Shown here in pieces: positions 41,242-50,401 of a stretch of DNA of 55,871 nucleotides (positions are counted from its first letter, which is position 1; each line of letters starts with the position of its first letter). The stretch is from a virus (taxonomy: Duplodnaviria; Caudoviricetes). The stretch is from positions 1-55,871 of the IMG/VR virus record IMGVR_UViG_3300044950_000794; one strand, given 5' to 3'. Below the pieces are notes generated by a model that saw only the letters and a list, made by a program, of their open reading frames with translations, ran no database searches and was not told the origin of the DNA. The translations under genes were made by a program, and so were the position numbers.

Positions 41242-43917
41242 TTACTCCCCTATGCTTGTGCATGACATGCGGGGCGGGTAGGCCGGGGTGGACTTGTCCT
41301 CTGCCCCCGCGTCCGATGCGAAGAACGCACTGATGCGGTCCTCAACGGCGCTCAGGTCCATGGCGTAGAGGTATGGGTGCTTGGCCATGCGCTCTTGCAG
41401 TTCCGCCCGCATACGTGCGCCCTCGCCCGTGCCCTTGGGTACGTCGTGGAATGGTGCGCAGCCAATGTTCAAGCCGATGCGGGTAATGCGTCCGGTGACA
41501 GTGCTTGGGTACTGCATGTGCTGCCCGCCCGGCGCACCCGGTGCGGTTTTGCCTTTGATGGTCTTGGTGGTCATAGCGTGTGTCCTTTGTCTGTGGTCAC
41601 GTGGTTTGGTCTACAGGCTTAGCAGGATCAGGGCTATCAGGCAAACGACTATCAACTGTGGCTGCCGTCGCCTCAAGGCGGTCATGATGCTTCCGTGGGT
41701 GGTTGTGGGCTTCTTCTTGCTGCAACAGGGGCACGTGAAGTTAAGAATATCACACGCGGGCACTGGTGGGGGTTTGGGGTAGGGGGCGTAGTCCCGCTGG
41801 GAGGGCTTTTCAGCAGGGTGTGGCTCGTGGGGCGTGGGTTGGTGGTCCTCAATGCTCATGGCTATTCTCCTGCCCGCTCTGGGCTGCGTTGGCTGGCTCA
41901 GTGCCCGTAGTGTCCGACGTTATAGGCCAGCACGATCAGGCTACAGGTAAGCATAGGCATCAACAGGCCGGGCACTACTATCTGGCTCTTGCCTTCCACC
42001 CGATTGGATACCCATGTGGCCACGCTCGTTGCCAGCACGGCGAAGAAGGCAACTATAGATGCGTGCTCAAGTGCATCCAGCGCTGTCAGCAGCATTACGA
42101 TCTGTGCGTTCATGTCTCGTCTTCCTCCCCGTGGAATGGTGTTGGTGGTAGTGTGGCCAGCCACTCATTGACCTCTGCCGCCCTGACGCTGCCTTGGGTC
42201 CGTAGCATAGAGAACGCCACTGGTCTGGCCCGCTTGCGTATCCTGATGGCATCAGGCTTTTTTGACGGTGCAGTCATAGAAGGCCACCTCCGTGTCTTGG
42301 CCTTTGATCCAACGCATGGTCTCGGTTGTCCCCGCCCCTCGGTTCCCCCCTGTTTTGGGGTGACGCAGTGGGCGGTATCCCCGGCGATGTAGCCATTTGG
42401 CCAGCCGTGGGTTAATGACGCTCTCCACGTCAACGATGGGGTACAGGCTTTCCAGTGCCCCCACTACGGTGGGCATCCGGCCTTCGCCCATCTTTCCATC
42501 TGCCGCGTTGATGTTTGACAGGATCACACGGTAATGGCCCCAGCGCATATACACCTCAAAGGGGGCTGTCTCGGGGCCGTGGTACTGCATCCACGCGCTG
42601 ACCAGCCGGTTCTCTTTCCACTCCTCGGGGGTTATGTCGCTAACCGGCTCGCCCACGGCGTTGATGCACCGTGCCTTCTCCATGGTAAACGCGTGCAGTA
42701 CCGTGCCGATTGGTCGGTGTGCAGTGGCAAGGGTGGTCATAGGCTTTCCTCTGTCTTGGTTTCGGACGGGTCTGGAAACGCGCCCATGAGGTGGTGGTTG
42801 GTGTAGGCTTCAATGGCCCGTAGCACATGCTCTGCGCTGAGGGTGTCAGGTGTACCCCGTGCGAAGGCTTTGGTGCACAGGTCTTTGATGGTGGCCAAGG
42901 CTTGCTCTGCCTCTCGCACCCGGTCTTTGAGCGGGGCGGTCTCATGGGCCACGACGCGCTGGTAAGAGGTACAGGCCCTCATGCGTATCTCGGCCACCCC
43001 GCCGTCAAGGTTACGGCGCGCGGCTATGCCGTCCCGCATGGTGGCTTGCACTGTATAGACGAAGTCTTTCACCCGCATGGGTGTGGCCACATGAACGTCC
43101 ACGACGACACGTGCCCGCTTCGGTAACAGATAACCGGTCATATGTGACCTCCCTGCATTGTGACATAGTCGTTGTACAGTTCCCGCACTTGCACGCTAAA
43201 CTCGTAGTCGTAGCTTGTGGCCAGCCCGAACACATGCCGCCAACGCAGTTCTTCTCGCTTGAGTTCAACGACGTCGTAGGTGCCACCGGTGCCCGGCGCG
43301 TAGAAGACCCAGATGCTCTTGCCCTTTGGCAGGGGCTTAATGGCGTGCGTCTTGAAGTTCAGCTTGCGTACCATCCACGTGATAACCGCTTGTGCTTCCG
43401 CCCCGAGTTCACTGTAACGGTCACGCAGTTCCCCCACGTCGGTAATTTGCTTGATAGCGCTCATTGGTCAGGCCGCCTCAACATGCCGGGTCCGGGTGCG
43501 CACGCGGAAGGGCATAGGCATAAACTCGCCACCGCTCAGCTTCACGGGTCCAGACGGCCCGGCCACCCACACGCCCGCAAGGCTCTCGCAGTCCATGCAC
43601 GGTGGGTCAACGAAAGGGTGTGTGGTGTTAGGCAACAGGTGGGCGAAGGCGTCACCACGCTTGCATAGTGCCTCGCTGGTGATCATGGCCCGCTTTGTGA
43701 TGCCTGCCTGCATGGGGCCACCTGAGCAGTGTACCACCTTGTCGTAGTCGCTTGCCCCAGCCCGGACGTAAATGCTGGTCAGACCGTCGCTCACGCCCAT
43801 CAATTTACAGCGCGGGCACTGGTAGGCAAAACGAACACCGCCCGATGCTGCGGGCACGGGCGGTAAATTGATGCGTTCAAAGGTGTGGGCGGGGTGGTGG
43901 AATGGTAGACGTATCAT
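41242..43917 (-). CDS. Run of hypothetical genes (41242-41574, 41611-41859, 41898-42113, 42110-42277, 42252-42740, 42737-43141, 43138-43464, 43468-43917)
   Basis: Coupled ORFs downstream of the promoter at 43947. 42252-42740 is weakly GNAT-like (G.G....VESV.N.RLA.WL.RRGY); two are small membrane proteins. Confidence 0.55.
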
Positions 43918-43988
43918 CTGGCGGGTTCTCCTTGCTGCACCCCCACCGTACCCCTATAGGGTTACACTGTCAACCCCTAGGGTTACAC

Positions 43989-45116
43989 CTATATCAGGGT
44001 CACGCCCCCTCCCGTCCGCATGTGGCTGCGCAACAGTTGCTTGACCTCGGGGGGGATCACCGACGAGGAGGAATAGCTTCTGCCCGTGCGGTCACTGTCC
44101 TTTCCGATACCGTCCAGATCGCCACGCTTGTACAGATGATATGCCAGCATGGCGCACGCCTCTGATACCTCAGGGGCCACGTACCCTTCGGCGTGCTTCC
44201 ACTCCGTGTGTGACAACTCCAAGTCAATGAATGACACGCGGGCTACGTCCGTGGCTGCCCCCTCGATGGTGAGACGGTAGGTTGGGTAGGCCGTAGCCGG
44301 ATCGCCGGGCAGTTGATACGTCGTCAGCGGCAACGGGTTCGGTGAGTTCACCTGCTTCATGGTCACAGGGCTTCCAATCAACGGCACGCCTTCCAGCTTG
44401 ACCGTGGTTGCCTGCCCGCTGGCCAGAATAGTTCCATCCCGTGGGCCATGCACAGTCATCTTGTGCAGGGCTGTCAGGGCCTCTGGCGTGAAATCAATGG
44501 TGGCCGCACCCGGTGCGGTGAAGGCGCATGAGGCGCACGCCCCCGCCCCTTTGATCTGCACACCGGTGAACAGCAATCCAGCGGGTGCAAAGGTCGTTGA
44601 TAGGCCCATGGAGGCCATGGCCGATTTGCGGTCCTCGCCAACCATCACGTCATAGGCGCTGCCCGTGGTGGTGGTGTAGGAAACCCTTAGCCCGTGTACC
44701 ATGGTCTGCGGGTTGAAGCGCAGTCGGATGCGGCCAAGCCCCGGTTCGTAGATATAGTCAGTTGGCTGCACGAGCAAGGGGGCGTCTTCCCAGTCAAACT
44801 CGTCATCATAGGGTGCCCCCGCGCGGTAACGTACCGTCAAGCCCGTGAGCGCCCCCCTGACGGGCAGGTCAAATACCGCAGGTGTGCCCATACCGTTGGA
44901 TGCGGCCATGCTGGCCAGCGGCCCGCTCACGCTTGCTCCCACGGTGTCTAGCAAGAACACCTGCTCTGTCTCGGCAAGAACCATGCCGGTGAAGTCAAGG
45001 ATCAGTGCGGTAGCTGTCAGAAGATGCTTACGCAGTTCAGGCCCGGCAGACAAGGCACTGTCCCGACTGGGCATGAAGCCCACCAGACGCTGGATTGAGG
45101 ATAACGTGGTAGTCAT
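43989..45116 (-). CDS. Head-tail adaptor/connector-like protein with inserted domain
   Basis: N-terminal L..AT..I..F.G and C-terminal P.V.EAC......Y....S.S.....IP.EVK.LL motifs; follows the capsid genes. Confidence 0.7.
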   Translation of the reverse strand: MTTTLSSIQRLVGFMPSRDSALSAGPELRKHLLTATALILDFTGMVLAETEQVFLLDTVGASVSGPLASMAASNGMGTPAVFDLPVRGALTGLTVRYRAGAPYDDEFDWEDAPLLVQPTDYIYEPGLGRIRLRFNPQTMVHGLRVSYTTTTGSAYDVMVGEDRKSAMASMGLSTTFAPAGLLFTGVQIKGAGACASCAFTAPGAATIDFTPEALTALHKMTVHGPRDGTILASGQATTVKLEGVPLIGSPVTMKQVNSPNPLPLTTYQLPGDPATAYPTYRLTIEGAATDVARVSFIDLELSHTEWKHAEGYVAPEVSEACAMLAYHLYKRGDLDGIGKDSDRTGRSYSSSSVIPPEVKQLLRSHMRTGGGVTLI

Positions 45117-45140
45117 GATTGTGGCTCCTCCTATGTTAAT

Positions 45141-45161
45141 GGCCGGGGAGTTACCCCGGCC
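45141..45161. terminator. GC-rich intergenic hairpin
   Basis: GGCCGGGG-AGTTA-CCCCGGCC; no clear U tract. Confidence 0.4.
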
Positions 45162-45188
45162 ACACTTTATGCCCTAGTCGCGCCCTTG

Positions 45189-45599
45189 TCAGGCTTTGGT
45201 TGCGGCGCGTGCCCGGCTGCGTTGTGCAGGTGGCACCTTCTGCTCACCACCGGGCTGGTCAGAGCCGCCTTCGCCGGGGTCAACAGCGTTGCCGTCTGCG
45301 TCCACGGTCACTGTGACCTCGTCCAGTTCGTCGTCATCATCTTCTGGGGCCGCGCCTGTGTCTTCCGTGGTCTTCTGCACGACAGTGGCTTTGCTGTACT
45401 TGAACATGGCCACCTCAACGCGGCGCACCGTCTGACCGTCGCCTTGGCGAACATGCTTGCGGGCGTTCCGCTTCAGGTTTTGATACATGGCCGCGTCAAT
45501 CAGAACGGCAACGCCGAAAGTGAACGTCTTGCCGCCAAAGACGTAGGTTTGGCCCTCAGTCAGGGTAGCGGTATACATGGGGTTGTCGGTGTCGGACAT
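45189..45599 (-). CDS. Small head-associated hypothetical protein
   Basis: L..G.TY..GG..F..G N-terminal domain with an acidic low-complexity tail; GAGGA RBS. Confidence 0.65.
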   Translation of the reverse strand: MSDTDNPMYTATLTEGQTYVFGGKTFTFGVAVLIDAAMYQNLKRNARKHVRQGDGQTVRRVEVAMFKYSKATVVQKTTEDTGAAPEDDDDELDEVTVTVDADGNAVDPGEGGSDQPGGEQKVPPAQRSRARAATKA

Positions 45600-45666
45600 A
45601 GTCTGGTCATCCTCATGGGGTTATGGGTGGGCGGGTGCCCGTGGGAGCACCCTACCCTAGTTTCGG

Positions 45667-46368
45667 TCAGGCCGCCAGAACCTTCGGCTTGGACGTCATC
45701 GCGTTGGCTGCGGTCAGTTTGGCCGCGAGCGTGGCGACTGCGTTGGCATACACCACCAGCAGGGCATCAGCAGAAGCCTTGCTCACGGCGGTGGTTGCGG
45801 CGGCGGTGCCCGTTCCCAGCCCCTTGGCGGAGACTGGTGATTGCTCACGCCCCGCCCCAGACAGTTTCACCGTCTTCACGCCCACCGCTGCGCACAGTTC
45901 ATTTACACGCGCTGCGATGGTCACAAGGTAGTCGTTCAGCCCGTTGATAACCTCGTTGGTCTGGGCCACCTGCGCACCCGTGGTTGCACCCGCGACGGTC
46001 TTGGTGATAGCCGCGATGGTTCCGTCAACGACGGCGGCCCCAGACCCGTCAACGATAACGGGCAAGCCGATAGCCGTGCCCATGGTGTTGGCCTTGGCTA
46101 GCACTTCGCCCATGCCATTCAAGACCGTGGCAAAGGCTGCCTCAAGGGCGGCTTTCGTGGCAAGGTTGGAACCGCTCTGGGCTGTGGCCTGTACGTTGGC
46201 GGGCAGTGCCACGGTGCTCGCGGCGGTACCGGTGGAACTGTCAACCAGATCGGTGACAACAGCGGCATTCAGGGACTGTGCGGCTTGGGTTTGGACGATG
46301 GCGCGAAGAATTGCCGACACGCTATTCGCACCTGTGAACGCGCCGTTCGATTGGATTTTGATGGTCAT
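45667..46368 (-). CDS. Probable capsid decoration / head fibre protein
   Basis: Ala/Thr-rich with three internal repeats (L.D.S.G.A...; NA.ATLAAK); directly after the major capsid gene. Confidence 0.55.
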   Translation of the reverse strand: MTIKIQSNGAFTGANSVSAILRAIVQTQAAQSLNAAVVTDLVDSSTGTAASTVALPANVQATAQSGSNLATKAALEAAFATVLNGMGEVLAKANTMGTAIGLPVIVDGSGAAVVDGTIAAITKTVAGATTGAQVAQTNEVINGLNDYLVTIAARVNELCAAVGVKTVKLSGAGREQSPVSAKGLGTGTAAATTAVSKASADALLVVYANAVATLAAKLTAANAMTSKPKVLAA

Positions 46369-46401
46369 GGCCGGTTTCCTCTTGTTACGGCGTTACGACG
46401 C

Positions 46402-46427
46402 AGGGGGAGAGGTTACCCACTCCCCCT
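46402..46427. terminator. Hairpin downstream of major capsid gene
   Basis: AGGGGGAG...CTCCCCCT inverted repeat directly after the stop codon. Confidence 0.4.
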
Positions 46428-46434
46428 AACCGGT

Positions 46435-47379
46435 TTAGAGGCTTGAGCCGATGTTGCTGATCTTGACAGCGGCGTCAGGGTTCTCAACGGTCACGGCCAC
46501 ACGTGCCGTCACGACGATCTTGACTTGCTCTTCCTCGATATCACGGTCGGTCTCGACACGGATATTCCGCTGAATACCGAAGATGATGTTCTGCGGCGGT
46601 GTCAGCAGCATGCTGTCTTCGGGGTTGTTGGTGTGCCCCTTGACACGCACGCCCAAGGCGTCAACCGGCAGTGCCCCGGTCAGGAACTGGTCACCAAGCG
46701 CGGTGTTGCGTGCGGCACGTGCCCGGCGCAGTTCCAGTTCAGCATCCGAACCAGACATGAAGCGCAGCGCCGACAGGTCGGTGCGATACTTCTTGGGCAT
46801 GGCCTTCAGCGCGTCAACAAACAGGTCGTCGTTCAAGACGGCCCCGCCTGCGTTCACGGTGTGGTCATTGCAGAGGGCGTAAACACCGTCCATCAGGTTC
46901 AACAGCGCGATAGGCGATGCACCGCCCTCTTCGCCACGCACAATCATGGCTTCAAGGTTGTGTGCAAACTTGTTCGCAATCATGGTGATCACGGTGTTTT
47001 GCAGGTTGCCGCGCTCGATGTTGTCTTCCAAGGTTTCGTAGGGCAGGTACACCACGGCCTTGACGGGCTTAGTGACCAACTCAACGTGCGAGGTCACGGG
47101 CTTGGTGCGGTAGGCACCGATGAACTTCCGGCCCGCGTTGTTCGCGTTGCTCAGGCTGGTATCCCAGTTCGCCGGGTAGGTGATGAAGTCACCGAACCCG
47201 ATAGCGTTGATGCGCGCGGTTGGGCCTGACATGCCGTAGGTACGGATTTGCGACAGGATGGTGGTGCTGTCTTCCAGACGACGGATGAAGGTTTCGTTCT
47301 GTTCTTGGGTCAGAAGACCACCGCCCGTTTCCAGATCGGCAAGAGCGAGGTCGGCCTTGAGTGAAAGTTGTTTGGTCAT
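46435..47379 (-). CDS. Major capsid protein (HK97 fold, PBSX XkdG/P2-like)
   Basis: LADL..GGGLL..EQ...FIR, YETLEDNIE, A.KAMP.KY and LT.P.NII.GI.R.I.VE motifs; AAGGAGA RBS. Confidence 0.92.
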   Translation of the reverse strand: MTKQLSLKADLALADLETGGGLLTQEQNETFIRRLEDSTTILSQIRTYGMSGPTARINAIGFGDFITYPANWDTSLSNANNAGRKFIGAYRTKPVTSHVELVTKPVKAVVYLPYETLEDNIERGNLQNTVITMIANKFAHNLEAMIVRGEEGGASPIALLNLMDGVYALCNDHTVNAGGAVLNDDLFVDALKAMPKKYRTDLSALRFMSGSDAELELRRARAARNTALGDQFLTGALPVDALGVRVKGHTNNPEDSMLLTPPQNIIFGIQRNIRVETDRDIEEEQVKIVVTARVAVTVENPDAAVKISNIGSSL

Positions 47380-47416
47380 GGCTTGTATCTCCTTGAAGCC
47401 TATTTCGCTGTTCGCC

Positions 47417-48700
47417 TTACGCGGCGAAGCCCAGCCGTTTCAATGCGCGGCGCTCGCTCTCGCGTTTAGCCGCAACGTCTTCGGCGGTTTCGCCGTTGTC
47501 TTCGCCGGTGCCTTCTGAAGCATCCGCCGATTTACGCTCTGGCACAATGCGCGCCGTGGTGGTGTCGGTGTCATCCGACTTCGTGCTGGCCTCCATGGCG
47601 ACTACCGCCATGGTGTCCAGTGTCTTCTGCATGGCCGCGAGTTGGCCCATCATGGCCTTCATCGCGGGGTCTTCGGACAACGGCGCAACCGGTGCAGCGC
47701 TGATTTGCTCTGCGCTCTTCGCGGTTCCCTCGGGCTGTGCTGCCTCGGGCATGGCGAACAGCAACTCAAGCAGCGCGTCAATAGCTGCCTCGTCCTCCAC
47801 GCTCTTGGTGGTAGTGCCATCGCCGGTAGCGTCAATGATGGTAGCATAGGCCGCGTTCAGGGCCATGATACCCCGCACAAAGTCCCCGGTCAGGGCGTTC
47901 AAGCGCGTCTCGTCTGCCCGCCCGGCCTTCATCAGCTTGCGTAGTTCGGTCATCATGGCGTCAGTCAGCGACCACATACCGGGTGGCACGCCGCCCGTGT
48001 ACTCAGCCACGGTGTCGGCGAACGACTTGGCGGTGATGCCCCGGTCAGCCGCAAACGCTTCAAAGTTTCCACACGCGTCAACCACTGCGTTGATGGACTG
48101 CCCGCCCACGCTCAGGATGGTAGCGCCCTTGCGCTCACGCTTGCGGATGGGCTGGTCAATGGGTGCGTCAGCGCCCTTGGCTGCATCCTCAGTCGCACCG
48201 GGTGCGGGTGTGTCGTCAGCAGCGGCATCGCCATCGGCAAGGGTGTCCGCGCCATCCGCGCCCGCATTGTCCGAACCTTCCTCGGTCTTCGCCACGGCGG
48301 CCACGGGGTTGCCCACCACGTAGGTGACGCCCTTGTGGGTGGGGCTTTCGACCGAGCGCAGCGCGCCGTCAATCTCGGCCTCAGGTGCGTCCTCGACATA
48401 GAACGAGCCGTCATCCTGCTTCACGACTGCGAAGTCGGTGTAGCCCTTTCCGGTCATGAACTTGGTCACGGAAGCCTCGTCTACGAAGCCATCGCCTGCG
48501 AACACGATACGGTGCAGCTTCACGGCGGAGGCCTGCTTCGGGGTTTGGTCAGTGTTGGGCATAGGTGCCTCCATGGTGTGGGTTTTCACCGCGTGAAACG
48601 GTCGTTGGTTTGCCCCGTGCTTGACAAGCGAGACAAAGAGCGGGTCGGGGTCGTACATGACGCCAACGATAGTCTTGGCACGGACTGAGGTTCTCTTCAT
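47417..48700 (-). CDS. Scaffold-like protein with N-terminal FVSLV.HGAN motif
   Basis: Between protease and capsid; acidic low-complexity linkers; several KS/KT possible cleavage sites. Confidence 0.65.
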   Translation of the reverse strand: MKRTSVRAKTIVGVMYDPDPLFVSLVKHGANQRPFHAVKTHTMEAPMPNTDQTPKQASAVKLHRIVFAGDGFVDEASVTKFMTGKGYTDFAVVKQDDGSFYVEDAPEAEIDGALRSVESPTHKGVTYVVGNPVAAVAKTEEGSDNAGADGADTLADGDAAADDTPAPGATEDAAKGADAPIDQPIRKRERKGATILSVGGQSINAVVDACGNFEAFAADRGITAKSFADTVAEYTGGVPPGMWSLTDAMMTELRKLMKAGRADETRLNALTGDFVRGIMALNAAYATIIDATGDGTTTKSVEDEAAIDALLELLFAMPEAAQPEGTAKSAEQISAAPVAPLSEDPAMKAMMGQLAAMQKTLDTMAVVAMEASTKSDDTDTTTARIVPERKSADASEGTGEDNGETAEDVAAKRESERRALKRLGFAA

Positions 48701-49380
48701 GATTGCACCGGCAAGCGATGGGAGTGTGACTTAACATCCACGGTTTCTGCGAAGTCCGTAGCAGTTCCGGCTCTGATGGTGTGCCGGTGCCCCTGCTCAT
48801 GGGACGTGGTTCCACCCTGTACTCGCCCATTCTCGTCAAAGTCAAGAAAGAACACGTGGTCATGCCCCTCGTTCGTGGAAGTTATGCCCAACACGTCTGC
48901 CTCAACCTCGACCTCGACAACCTTGGGCATCTTGCGAACCATGGCCTCAAAGCTGAAGCCGTTCAGGTTGCCTACCTTGACGTCGGCCCACACCTTGGGG
49001 TCTTCAATCTTCACACCCATGATCCATGACCCCACCGGCCAATCGTTGCCCGCGTTGGTTTCGATATAGCATTCGACAGGGTAGGCGCTCAGCACCACAT
49101 TATCGTGGTCTTGGTCAATGACTTCGCCCTTCTTCAAGGCCACCCGGTGCATGAACTCATGGCACATTTGCTCAATGCCGTCGGCCATCATGGTCTCACC
49201 GTGGCTGTCAATCTCCCCCGGTGCGTATACCACCCCGTAGACGATTTGGCGGTCAACCACCGTCTTGCAGATACGGACAACCGGCACGTACCCCACGGAA
49301 GTGTCGTGGAGTTCTTGCTGGATAAAGTCCTGATCTAGTGTACAGCGCATTATGCGTCCTCGGGTGGCTTGTCGCACCAT
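48697..49380 (-). CDS. XkdF-like prohead serine protease
   Basis: IVYGVVYAP...DSHG, H, GSW..GVKI.D...W..VK.G.LNGFS motifs; C-terminal GH.H repeats. Confidence 0.88.
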   Translation of the reverse strand: MVRQATRGRIMRCTLDQDFIQQELHDTSVGYVPVVRICKTVVDRQIVYGVVYAPGEIDSHGETMMADGIEQMCHEFMHRVALKKGEVIDQDHDNVVLSAYPVECYIETNAGNDWPVGSWIMGVKIEDPKVWADVKVGNLNGFSFEAMVRKMPKVVEVEVEADVLGITSTNEGHDHVFFLDFDENGRVQGGTTSHEQGHRHTIRAGTATDFAETVDVKSHSHRLPVQS

Positions 49381-49456
49381 GGCCCATTCCGCATGACCTG
49401 TGAAGTGCGTGTTGATTTATGCTGCAAAGTTAGCGCACCCGGTGCGGTGTGCTACG

Positions 49457-50401
49457 TTACTTCACGAGGCTCATTGTGGTTCGGCAGTTGGCGTGGAACG
49501 GGGGTACTTGTACCCCGTCTGCGCTGAGTTGGGTGCTGTCCTTGCCATCAACGTCCTCAAGGGTAAGCCATGGGGCCTCAGCGGCTATGTCTTTCGGCGT
49601 GACCCGTGCCAGCTTCTCCAAACGCTGCACCGCGTCTGCCAGCCAGAACACCTTGCCATCCAGCGCCCGGCAGACCGGGGTGGTTGCCTTGTCTATAACC
49701 GCGTCCAAGCGATAGCCCGTGTAGCCAAGGCTCAGGCCCGCCCGTGTGAGGCCGTAGTGGTAGGCCCGGCTTGACGCCTGATTTGCGACCAGTCTCCAAT
49801 ATGGTACGCTCTTGAGGCGGGTGGCCAGCTTGGCCCGCATGGCCCTGAAGAACGTGTCATCAAGCCCTTCGCCTGTCTGTATCTTGTTGAGGATATCGCC
49901 GGTGATCGACGGCATGATGATCCTGTTGAAGTGGTTGTTCGTGAAGTACTTGGCGCTGGCCACCATACCCGCCTCAACCAGCGGTCGGGTGGGTAACTTC
50001 GCAAAGCCTGCGAAGCCCCCAGCCCGCTTGTTCCCCGCGTTGACAATGTACCCGATGTAGGATGAAACGGCCTTGTCCACTGATGGCGTCCATGCTCCGC
50101 GCATAACCGTATCCAGCTTGTCTAGTTCAGCCAGAATACGACTATCGTTGGTGCGGCGTGCTGTGACCTTAGGCCCCTCAAGGCCTGTGATCTTGTCGTA
50201 CTCCTTCAGGGCGATTACGCCCGCCCGCGCCACGGCCTGACCCAGCAACTTGGCCAGACCCAACTCCTCACGGTAGGTATCATAGGTATCCCCCTCGGCT
50301 TTGGCCCGCTTAACGCGCCCGGCCATGGCGTCTTCCGCTTCATCGTCGGTGCGCCAAGTCCATATATCGGACCCGCCCCATTCGTCCAGAGGCATGGTCA
50401 T
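49457..50401 (-). CDS. Minor head morphogenesis protein (SPP1 gp7 / Mu gpF-like)
   Basis: AVID..TT.VCR.LDGK and PPFH.NCRT motifs; follows the portal. Confidence 0.88.
   Translation of the reverse strand: MTMPLDEWGGSDIWTWRTDDEAEDAMAGRVKRAKAEGDTYDTYREELGLAKLLGQAVARAGVIALKEYDKITGLEGPKVTARRTNDSRILAELDKLDTVMRGAWTPSVDKAVSSYIGYIVNAGNKRAGGFAGFAKLPTRPLVEAGMVASAKYFTNNHFNRIIMPSITGDILNKIQTGEGLDDTFFRAMRAKLATRLKSVPYWRLVANQASSRAYHYGLTRAGLSLGYTGYRLDAVIDKATTPVCRALDGKVFWLADAVQRLEKLARVTPKDIAAEAPWLTLEDVDGKDSTQLSADGVQVPPFHANCRTTMSLVK

Noticed and set aside
33764-47696. Near-matches CGCGACCGGTGCG (~33764) and CGCAACCGGTGCA (~47684)
   Set aside because: Two mismatches each break the palindrome; plausible by chance, so not counted.
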